A stretch of DNA of 63,433 nucleotides, counting the filler, from Psammoneis japonica (taxonomy: Eukaryota): assembly GCA_008632985.1 (NCBI GenBank). It is 3 parts of 3 records of this genome, joined end to end, with 100 filler letters (N's around TTAATTAATTAA, not from the genome) between each part and the next. Parts side by side here need not be neighbours in the genome. Positions count along the whole stretch, not along the records: positions 1 to 25,868 come from QPGO01000425.1; 2 more parts are not named here. One strand, 5' to 3'. The notes under the pieces were generated by a model, which saw nothing but the letters and a program-made list of their open reading frames with translations, did no database searches and was not told where the DNA came from. Made by a program: the position numbers and the translations under genes. The stretch's first letter is position 1. The number at the start of each line of letters is the position of its first letter. Below are positions 12,091-22,610 of this stretch, in pieces.

Positions 12091-12963
12091 ATGGCACGCA
12101 AAAGAAACACAACGACCTCCCCGGCTGTGAAAGCCAAAGTCGCCGAAACCAAACAGAAGAAGGCAAAGACGAAGTTTTCTGATGCTCTGTTGAAGAAACT
12201 AAGTCCGCCCTGCAAGACCAACGGCTTGACCGACGACGACCTTAAACCGGAAGACCACCTTGCCAAGCACGGGTTCAAGCTTTCCAAATCCGCCGGTTCT
12301 GACGATGGCAGCCATTCCGATGAGGACGCCCTCCTGCGCTGCGCCACCATCACTGTCGGCTGCAAGAAAGGCATCGTTTTTCGTCTCCAAGCCAAGAATC
12401 CCCTTTCAACCAATGTTTGGTTGGAGAAGGTTCTGTTTGACAACCTTCGCAGCAGGACACCGTGGGCGGTTCAAGTCGGATTCCACCCTTGCGCTGGCAG
12501 GTGGGTTCACGAGGGCGAGTTGCAGACGAACGCCAAGAACTGCACCGTGCGTCTCTTCTTCATCTTCCTCGAAGAAGTCCCAACCGATGCTAAAGTGCGC
12601 GGCCTCGGGAAGTGCATTGCGAAGCAGCTGAACGATGACCCTGAGAACAACACCGAGGTCTTCGTTGAAGACGACTTCTTCTGGATGAAGGATGCTGTTT
12701 GGTCCAAAGTGATCGGCAACGAGGCGGCACTTGCCGAGCTTCAGAAGGAAGGTGGTCAGTTTCACATCGGTTGGTGTGCCCAAAACAAGAACTCACTTCA
12801 CAGTTGCTTCTACGAGGGGTCGTTGCCTGTGGAACTCTGTCGTCTCATTGGAGCTCCGGCAGAAGAAGCTGGAGAAGAGGCCGACGATGATGTCGAGCTC
12901 AACTGCGAAGTTGACCTGAACGTTGATGACGACTTGGTGCTTCAGGACAGCGACGAAGACTGA
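12091..12963 (+). CDS. Hypothetical protein with a basic N-terminus and acidic C-terminus
   Basis: 290-aa ORF from ATG 12091 with protein-like composition and a single Tyr. No family recognised. Confidence 0.6.
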   Translation: MARKRNTTTSPAVKAKVAETKQKKAKTKFSDALLKKLSPPCKTNGLTDDDLKPEDHLAKHGFKLSKSAGSDDGSHSDEDALLRCATITVGCKKGIVFRLQAKNPLSTNVWLEKVLFDNLRSRTPWAVQVGFHPCAGRWVHEGELQTNAKNCTVRLFFIFLEEVPTDAKVRGLGKCIAKQLNDDPENNTEVFVEDDFFWMKDAVWSKVIGNEAALAELQKEGGQFHIGWCAQNKNSLHSCFYEGSLPVELCRLIGAPAEEAGEEADDDVELNCEVDLNVDDDLVLQDSDED

Positions 12964-13054
12964 GTTTTTTTTTTTTTTTTTGCCGGTGTGGTGTAAATTT
13001 GCAAATGTTTGGCAAACTGAGTGTTGACTGCAACTCAGCTTTTCCTCTGTCTCT

Positions 13055-14005
13055 TCAAATGTGTGCCATCTCCGACAATGACTTTACGTCACCGCGAAGC
13101 AATGGCGAATTGAGCGGAGTGGCTAGTGTGTGACGTCCAGTGCAGTGACAGTAAAAAAACAGTTCAGTTGAGTTCTCAAGCAAAATTGGCCATTTCGCGA
13201 CGGGCAAATGCTTCCGTTCCAAGTGTGTCGGAGTGGGACGTCGCATGTGCTGGCTGGTTGACTGAGAAGTCTCCTCTTTCTTGGTGTGCTTGTGGAAGAC
13301 GAGATGTTTCACGTCTCCGCTGTGCCACAAAAAGTCGCCATCATGGCAATCCGCCGTGAAGGACTTGTGCATCCACTCTCCCGCGTGCGACGCGAACAGC
13401 GGATCTAGCACCACCACCACGGTCCCAGCACGACACAACTTCGAAAGCATTGCCTCTGCCTTCTGCTGTGTGTTCTTGTTGTCGACCACACGGGAGTTGC
13501 AGTTGTTGAAGAACACCTTGAGTCCTTTCTTTTTCCACAAAGGAGCCAGCCTTTCGTCCAAGAATGACTTGTTGATCAACTCTAACCCGCCGTTCGAGCG
13601 AAGGCCAGCACGATGAGCCCAACGTACAGCCTCTTGGTGACGATCGTGGTCGGCCTCGATGCTCACCACGGTGCAACGGCGACGAAGTAACTTGAGCCTG
13701 ATGCTGGGTCCGGCAACTCCCCCGCCCATGTCGACAGATGTGTCGCAGGTGTGATTCACGCCAAGAAGGCGTTTGTTCAAAAACACTTCGCTGCTCAAAG
13801 CAAAGCCAACTTCGCCGCCGTGCGAAGTTCCGCTTCCGTCTCCGGAGACACGCCTGCTCTGGAACGCGGAGTCCGGAGCCGTTTGAAGACAAAACTCCCT
13901 GACACTTCTGTGATGATGGTTCATCGCACCCAACCTTGTGGCAACATCAACCTTGCTTGCAGCGGGTTCGACCAGACGTTGCGTTTCCAAACCAAACTGT
14001 GGCAT
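13055..14005 (-). pseudogene. DOT1-like class I SAM-dependent methyltransferase (mutated)
   Basis: Ordered motifs GTSHGGEV (YGE-like), VDMGGGVA (DxGxGxG), VSIEADHDRH, SFLD, VFFNNC (FxNN) and GTVVVVLDPL match the DOT1 motif order. Confidence 0.65.
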
Positions 14006-14371
14006 GCACAGAATGCGTAAAATTACCGTCGCGCCCTCTACGCGCGCGAAATTTTCAAACGCGGCGTGCTGCCTCTACCTGCGCATGGAGCGACGTGTGA
14101 AGTCATTTTAAACAGACATGTGGACGCGTTGAAATAACAAGATGCCTTCAGGCGGTAAAATTTGTTTTGAATCTCGGCCTGCTTCTCATCATTGCCGCAC
14201 TTGCATGTCCATGTGATTCAAACGCACGAGCTGGCATGGCACATGACGCACTTCTACGCGAGAACTCGCACTGAGATTGCCGTGGGATGATCCTCCCTCC
14301 GCAGAGACAAAAACAACGCGACAACACTTCCGTCATCACATTTTGAAACACATTTCAAATTGAGACACACC

Positions 14372-15826
14372 ATGTCGCAACTGCCTCGTGCCTCGCTGCG
14401 TCGTCCCACCAACGACAAGCACTTGTCGCGATCGAGTTACAGCCGGTCTCGACAGTGTGGGGGTTTGGGACGTGCAGCTCACAGCCCGACAACAAGCAAA
14501 CACTTCTCGCGATTAGGTTTCGACCCCACTCCCCTGGAGTCCGCCGGTCCCTGTCAACAGAGTTTTGCTTTGGGTGCTCTTGAGGCAACGGAAAGCAGAC
14601 ACATCTCTCGATTGGGTTTTGACCCCACTCCCCTGGAGTCCGCCTGTCCCTGTCGACAGAGTTCTGCTTTGGGCACTGTTGAGACGACAGTGACATTGTC
14701 AAGCAGCGGAACATTTGCCGGCAAGTTCGCACACACATTCTCTGCGAACACCGCATCGTCAATGCGCACCAGGACACACGAGAACGTGTTGAGGGCTCAA
14801 CCGCCACTTCGCAAGGCCCACCGCAGCTGCAGGCGAATCCGCAGCCGTGCCAGCAGGAAAACATCCAAGATTGCTCGCCTCGTTCCACTCACACCGTGCG
14901 CTGCTAAGAGTCTCTCCGTACACCACGTAGCTGACCGCACTCCAGTTTATAACGGCGACCACACTCAGCCTGCACCACCTTGTCTTGCTGACATTGACTT
15001 TGCCGAATTGGCTCCTCTGGTCGTCTGTGACCCTGTGCTCGATCTGAAGCCTTTCTTTGGCTTGGACGGTTGCCGCTGCGACAACACCTGCACCCTGCTG
15101 CCACATTCTGCTGTGGTGTTCAGCTCCCCCAACCCAGCAGAACTAGTTGCTCAGTGCCGAGCGCTCGAAGCACTAGAATGCTGCACTGCCCAGTCCACCG
15201 TGCACGGCAAACAACGCGTTACCTTCATGGAGACGGACAGGAGCAAGCATTCCACGATTGGCCTGGCTGCCACGAGGGACGCTCGAATTTCTTGCAAGCA
15301 GCCTGGCATGGCCGACCAACACACTCACCACCTCACCAGACTTCTTTCACGCATGGAGCACCTTGTCAATGAGTGCGTGGACCATGCCATCCTTGAGGGC
15401 ATCACTCGTGTCAAAAAGTTTCACAACTGGAAATCCCTGGTGCGGTCAGATGGCATTTTCTCCTCTCTGGTGGCTGGGCGCAATGTCTTCCTCAATGCCC
15501 ATCGGGGCCAGGACTTCTTCCTGTCAGCAGTCACCGTGGTGGGAGTCCCTCCGTCCGGCAGCTGCACCATGAATGACGGGATTGTGGCTCAGTTCTGCTT
15601 CCCTGCCGAAGGCATCTCCGTTGCACTCCGGCTTGGTGATGTCATCATTTTTAACCCCACCAAGTGCCGCTGCATCTCCAGCAGGACAAACTCAAACGAC
15701 GAGTTCTTCTGCGTGTCTCTCCACCTGAAGAGTGCTGCAGTGGGCAAGAACAACAATTCAATCCCCCTTTCTCTAGAGGAAGAGACCATTCTCAGGCGAC
15801 CACGACAGCACAAAATAACTTGCTAA
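14372..15826 (+). pseudogene. TET/JBP-like 2-oxoglutarate Fe(II) dioxygenase (C-terminal domain, mutated)
   Basis: NVFLNAHRGQDF (HxD, with D->G), FCFPAEGISVALRLGDVIIFN (FPxxGxxVxLRPGD), KCRCISSR (distal His ->R) and CVSLHLK. The N-terminal part contains a ~100-bp tandem repeat (14506-14672). Confidence 0.65.
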
Positions 15827-16027
15827 ATTTGCGTAAATTTGCTGACTTTCTGCACTCAGGCGACTGTGCAGGCACCCACCAATTCACTGGATTTGCGCAA
15901 ATTTACCGACTTTCTGTTCTTCCTTGTTCTCATTTTTCGAACCACAACTGGGGCTACGCCTTTCCAACTAATGCTGCAGTTTCGCTGAAAAACACCAACA
16001 CACTGTGCCACTAATTTACAGAGCACA

Positions 16028-17488
16028 CTACACGGCAAACGTTTTGCCAGACGCAGAGCTTCTCCCCCCCGACTTGGGGAGTAGACGCGATTTCTTCTTC
16101 CGATTCATGGCACCCGACGTCGCCTTCCTCTTCTTCTTCTTCTTCTCTGATTCATCCAAGTTGCATCTGCAGAGAAATTCCTCCCCGGGCATGATTTGCT
16201 TTGTGACTGCCAAGCACCTGTCGTTGTAGAACTCGCAGTTGTTGTCCGCGTGTTGGCTTGCCTTGATCTTCTTCTTGTCCTTGAACGACTCGGTGGCATC
16301 GTTCACGCAGTGCATTCCGAGGTAGAGTGAATGGGAATTCTTGTTCCCTGGACCGCTAAAATCAAGCGGTTTTGGCTCCACTGTGACGTGGTGGCCCTCG
16401 CTGTCACGGATGGTGGAGCAGTGCACGCTGTGGTCTTCTCCAAACTTGCTGTCGTGGTCATGCCACGAGCAGCTCCTCGTCGCACTGGGCACCCTGGGGC
16501 CCACGTAGATTCCAACCGCACTGCCTTTCTGGAACTGGCGCAAAGCAAAAAAACCAATGCCTGCGCCCCTCCGTTGCAACACGCGCAGCTTGCCCACCTC
16601 CACCTCCTTGGGGCCTGCGGAGCGAACGGACTTTTCGAGGCAAAACAACGCAGGTTGAAGTGACAAGGCGCCTCATCCAAATGTGCACACTTCTGTGCTT
16701 GCTCTCTTCACGAGATGGACCAGTGCGAGCGACCACCCCGCTTCGAAAGCCTCGACGGCGGTCTTGAACACTTTGTTGCTCTTTGGCGTCGAGTCTGGGA
16801 TGCCCCTCTCGCCGACTTCCGTGCGGTGCCTCCACACCCACTTGCAGTGTTCGCCGTGAGCATTCACGACGGCTTCAGGGTCGCTCCTGATGCACCCCAG
16901 TTCTCCCAGCGCGGGGAACCAGAGGTCGGGATTGTTCGGCGCATCCTTCATCAGGCACATGGACTCCTGGAATTTATCGGATTTTTTGTGCCGCAACACC
17001 CAGTCCCACAAGTCGAATGACGGATCGTTGGGGTCCGGAAATTGCTTTCCTTCTTCTTCCTCTTCCGCCGTTGCTTTCGCGACCACTTTGGCTGCGGGCT
17101 TGGCTGCCTCCTCGCTTTTGCCGCTGCAAAAAGGCAGGACCTCCGGTTTCACAAAGGTGGCCTGATCACCCACCAACTCGATCTTGCAACCGGCCTTGAG
17201 GAGCTGCTCGGCGGTGAAACCCAGCTGCTGTGCTTCATTCCAACCACAAATTTGAAAGGTTGGCTCCGGCGGCATGGCTTTCTCCCTCTTTTCAGTTTGG
17301 GACTGCGCCAGCTTCTCCGACATCCTTGCGCGTTCGGACTCAATGGACACACCCTCGGCACTTCCCTTGGTGCCAAGTGCAGTCATGGCAGCTGCCGCCG
17401 TGCCTTCGGCGCCCGTGAGTTCTGCCATGACTTCCGGAGCTGCTGCATCCTCTGCTTTGCCAGACGCAACGATGTTGTCCTCCGCCAT
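16028..17488 (-). pseudogene. SET-domain protein with a long N-terminal extension and one in-frame TGA at 16673-16675
   Basis: GAGIGFFALRQFQKGSAVGIYVG, MHCVND..NNC and QIMPGEEFLCRCN (GEELxxxY with Y->C). ORFs 16673..17515 and 16028..16666 are in the same frame. Confidence 0.8.
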
Positions 17489-17715
17489 TCTAGCGCCGTG
17501 ATGACAGAGCTGCACTCACTGCTGTGTGGTGTGCTGCTTTGTTCCAGCCGTTGGCGATCCACATCCTTCTGCGCATGCAAACGCACGACACTTCGCACCA
17601 AATTCCACGCAGCGCGTCTGCACCTGTCTGCGTCCGTCTTTACTGCTGTGCGCACTGCGGTGCTGCAGCGCACCCTTTCAAACCTTCATCAATGTTCATT
17701 TTTTCCTTCCTTTTC

Positions 17716-20157
17716 CTTTTCTCTTCTTCTTCTGTCTGGCTGGGAGGAGCTGCTGGATGGCCGGCCTTGTCGTCTGTTGTCGCCCAATGTGGGGTGTGCT
17801 CAGTCAATGAGATTTCCTGTGGCAACTGCACAAGCAGCAGACCGCATTGAGCATGGTCTGTGAAAACATTTCTTTGACATGCAGCTGTCCAAGCAACAAA
17901 CCACAAACAGCAAAGAAGATGAGCTCATGACAAGTGCACCACGCCATCTTGCTTTGCCAAAATGATGGATGCGACCACCAAGCCAAAACTCGTGTTTGAG
18001 CAACTGGCAGCTGTGACAATGCAGGACCCCTTTCACACGTTGTCACTTGAGACATGTTTGACACTGGAGGGCACAATTGCCAGGGAACATTCATGCTGAG
18101 AGATGCCATTGCTGAACCACCTGATGGCAAACACAAAGAAAAAAGATGAAGGTGTGAGTGTGAGCAGGGAATTTTCTCTGTCGCCCACAGCCCACAGTGC
18201 TGCTGATCTTTGCTCACCATCACAAATGAAGTGCATGTCACAAATGGGAAAGGAAGCATTGGGTTGAGGTGCCACACTGCTCCACTTTGGACACACAGAT
18301 GTCTGAGGTGCTGTCAATGCATTGTGCTGTTGTGTGACGTTTTGGCGATCGAACCGCTTTCTGCTGCTCCAGCACAGAAATTCTCACAAGTGCAGCACAT
18401 CATGACAGGCAGAAGCACCAGTGTGATCCATGGGTTGTCATTTGTGCATGCACTGAGTGTGCAAACTTGTGTGCAGACAACAACAGACAATTTGTGCACC
18501 TCTGTTGACAGTGGCAGAGATGCCACGATGCAGATTGCGCGCTGCCCGCCCCTTTGACCCCAGTGACCAGACTGCTGTTTGACCCTCAAGCAGGCTGTCA
18601 CTTCACATGGAGCATGGGAATGAGCCCATGGAGTTGTGGCAACAAAGAGAAAAAAAGTCTGATTGTGCAAGCAGGCCAGCATGCCAGACTCTTGCTTGGC
18701 AAGGAGCCAGCCGGCGGGCACCTGGGTTGGCAGTGGACCTGAGACAGACTTGCCAGCAACTCACTTGCCTCAAGATGTCCAAATCTTTCAGGTGCATCAC
18801 TCTGTGCTGGTGCTGCAGGACCTGCCAGATCTCACAGTGACCCCACTAAAAGCAGGCACCCAGCAAATTTTGCTGCAGCAGGCTTGAACACCCCTGTCAT
18901 GGAGGCATGTTCCTGGGACAACAGTTGCTTCAATGATGCATGAGATTTCAGCTGGAGCCAGATGCCTCAGGGCTGCTGCAGTGCAAACCTCCAGATGTGT
19001 TGATGAGGTGCTGCCAAGCAGCACACCACAAGCAAGACTTGCCACCAGTGGCACACAACACAGCTCCTTGCTGCCCAATGATTTGCTCAAAGGCACAAAT
19101 GATCCCTGCATGATGGGGTGCATTGCCAAAGAGAGGCACCAGCTGTGCAACAAGCACTCAGTGCCCAGATGCATCAGACAAGTCAGGATTTTGCTGCAAA
19201 ACAAGCATTGCCAGCACCCAAGCACTGCTCTTGTCTCAGTGGCAAATGATGTTGCCATCTCCCTGTTTGCTGTTTGCCAGCCAAGCAAACGTTGCCTGCC
19301 AGCACCAGGCTTGTGTGCTGCAGGCAACTTTGGTTGGAGCTGGCACAGTGCCCGCCACTCTTGCCACTTGCACATGAGCAGTTCTGTGCTTGATTTGTTG
19401 TTTGGGAGCTGGAGAATGTTGAGCCAGGAGACCCTCAGCTCCAGCACTCCTGGGTTTGACAAACCCAGTTGACCACATGGAAATGAGGATTGGCTCCATC
19501 AACAAGAAAACAGATGGCCCCACCAGCACCAGTGCCCAACTTGACAACAGCACTCATCAATGATGCTCTTCATGAACAGAAGAATGGCCAGGCCCACATC
19601 TTTCCACTCTGCTGCTTTCAGATGTGCTGCACGTCCAAGTGCAGCAACACCACACTTTGCAGGTCTCAGGGTTGATGACAATGAGCACTGAGACCAGCCT
19701 CAGCTTGCAACCCAGAGGCACCATGCCATCACCAAATCCCAGCCCCTGCCAGGAGGCAGAGTCCAAAAGCCAGATGGAGAGCATCCAAGGTCCTGCAGCC
19801 TCACCAGAAAAAGAACTGCTGTGTCAAATCTGTGAGGGTGTGAAGACCACCAGCTGTGTCCAAAAGAAAAGGGCACAGAGATTGCTGTGCAGCTGGTGCA
19901 AAGCCAACTGGAAACACAGTGGGAGACCAGCATGGACAGATGGGCTGCTCTGCTGAGATGCCAACACCCCTTTTTCCATGTGTCCTGCCAAAGCATCATC
20001 CTTTGTGCCAGCACCAGCCCAAAAGTGCTTCTGCACAGTCCTGCCACACCATCATGAGCCACCACACAGACCAACTGGCAGAGATCGTTGGAGGCAACAT
20101 TGACCAGCTTGACCACACAGATTCAACTGCACTTCTCTGCCATCATCTCACCAGGTC
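17716..20157 (+). repeat. Second copy of 818-3258 (DIRS-like fragment), about 99% identical
   Basis: Colinear direct repeat at offset 16898. Differences are mostly transitions. Confidence 0.95.
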
Positions 20158-21099
20158 TGCAGCAATTTCACAAACTGCCACCACCTTTGGTGTGCCACAC
20201 ACTTCCTGACATCAGCTGCCTGCTCATGGCCCCCATGTGTGTTTCTGGGCATGCTCTTGCACTGATGTTGCCCTTTTCAGATGGCATTTTGTTGGGTCCC
20301 CCAACACCCTTTTGGCCACTTCTGTCATTGGTGTGCCCCCTTGTTTCAGCATCATGTGCAACAATTTTCAGTGGAAAATGCCTGGCATTGACGCCTTGTG
20401 GTTCACATGCTTGTTGTCTCGTTCAGCAATTTTTTTTTCTGATTTGGTGCATTTTGCATTTTCTGCACAGGATCTGGTGCAAATTCTGCACGCTTCAGAA
20501 ATGTCCACCAATGATCATGACATCTTCAATGCAATTGTCCTCCATCCACACCTGTCAGCCCACAACATTTTCTTTTTCTCCTGCCAGCTGCTCAAGTCCT
20601 TCACCTCATGTGGTGAAAGCAGCCTGGTGTGGTGCTTGCGAGTGTTTGTTTGGACAAACCATTGGCGCCACTTGATGGCTGCCCATTTGCTGCCTGGATT
20701 GGCATTTCTGAACAAGATTCAGTGTCAGTTCCACGTGAGAATGACATTTCTTCCAATGTCCTTCTCATCATGTCATCAAGGCTCTCCCTGTTTCATGCCT
20801 GCAAGTCCTGAACACCCCCTCTTTTCCCCACTGACCTGCCAGCCTTGCTGCTCTGAGCAGCAAATGGTTTGATTTTCTTTCGGTGCATGCAAATGTGAAA
20901 CTCAGTTGGTCTTTGTTGACAACAAGACTCATCCTTGGAAGGAAGGTTTTCCTTTCAGAGTTTGCACTGACTTTGTGTCCTGTTTTTGTCATGATTGTTC
21001 TTTGCTCCTGTGGTGGTTTGGGGGCTTTGCATCCTCTAAAAGAAAGTGACAATCTCATTTCTGTGCAGTTTCATCTCACCCAGTTGTCTCTGTTGGGCA

Positions 21100-22610
21100 G
21101 CTCCATCTGGAAGTGCCGCAATCTGCTGATCACACAAACTTCTGCCGCACCCCTTGCAGGGTGCACTGGAAGTGTGTGGGTCAGCTGGCACCGGCATTGC
21201 TGGGCAAAGGTGCAGCAGCACTTTAAGTTGGGTTTGAGTTTTTTTGGTGTGCCACCCAGCATGCACCTTGCATGCAAGACAGGTGGCCATGGTGCCCCTG
21301 TCATGATCAAGACTGCCATGGTCCCTTGCATGCAAAAAGATGCCACCACAGTGCGTGGCTCTCACAAATTGGCTTGGGAGTGCCCAGAGTTCCTGCAAGG
21401 TTAAGATGCCCAACACAGCTCAAAAGCTGCTCTGGATTGCCCCACCTTGTGAAAAGGTCTCAAACCTTTGAGTCAGCTCAACTGGCATCATGCCCCAGCA
21501 TGGTCAACTCCCAAGAGCCACAGTGGGCTGCTCTCATCACAGTCTCAACAAGAGGGCACTCTCTCCCTCTCTGTCTGTGTCTTGCTCCTCTGGAGGCCAC
21601 ACAATTTGGTTGGGCTGAGCACTCTGGCAACTTGTCATTTGTGCTGGCCTGTGTGCTTCAGACCAGTGTGCTTGGTCAAAATTGACATTGCTGATGGCCT
21701 CTGATGTTGCACATGTGGCTCTGCATCCCAAGGTGGCACACCACAAACCCAAGCACACTCAAACCTCAAGGTTTCACAAAACCAACTGCTGCTGGGCTTC
21801 TTTGCCAGCTCAGTCTGATGCCTCCAGCACTTCCGCTGTCACACCAGATGTCCAAAGTGAGTGTGCGCCTGCTGCCCAAACACCATGCAACCCCCCCCCC
21901 CCCCCCAATGCAACCCCCCCCAACCTTGCAACCACCAGGCACAAATGGCAGCAGTGACCACTGTCTGCACTGAAAACTTTGCACAGAAGTGCCGCACCTG
22001 GGACACAGCACCATGAGGGCAGCCCAGTCATGTTTGCTGAGCTCTCCTTCACATGATGCATGGCATCCTCCAATCAGTTGACATTCCTCAGATCTCAGTC
22101 ACCAAACAGATCCAATCTCCCTCAAGATGACATTGAAAAGAGATGTGTGCTCGTCAACGTGCAAGAGTGTCCCAGACTTGACCAAGTCATCATCAACCAT
22201 TGTGCCTTGCCAAACTCCTGCCAACCATGCCACCTGCTCAAAGGAACCCATCTTTTGACAAGCAGCACAGCCCCCTGGGTGAGCGGTGGTCAGCGGCATT
22301 GGGGCCATTCCTGGTGCCCCCCAAGGGCTCCTCAGCCACTTTCAGGGAGCACTGCACTGCCAGAAAAAAGCCACCTTTGACTGTGCACAAAGAACTCTGC
22401 CACACCTTGGCAAACTGACACCCTTGCCACCCACCCTCTCAGGCTTCCATGATGCTGCCAGAAAAGGAGCAGGTGGTGTCTGGCTCCCAGATCCCACCAT
22501 CACTTGCCATGACCTGCCACTCCAAACCCTCCATCACAACAAACCAGCACAAGTGACTCCAGATGAGCCTGTCCCCACCCTGTGGAGGCACAAATTCCCA
22601 CCATCAAATG
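21100..22610 (+). mobile_element. Degenerate DIRS/Ngaro-like RT-RNase H fragment
   Basis: GAPVMIKT..KDATTVRGSHKLAWECPEFL, VKIDIADG (RT), and GFHDAARKGAGGVWLP..PTLWRHKFP (RNase H). Confidence 0.65.

Larger units (their letters stand above)
4090..17700 (-). mobile_element. Putative large Helitron-like element with cargo genes (ends not defined)
   Basis: Rep-helicase plus five more ORFs in one continuous TA-depleted, CG-retaining block that shares a GTAAATTT-like intergenic motif. No convincing 5'-TC or 3' hairpin-CTRR terminus was found. Confidence 0.55.
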
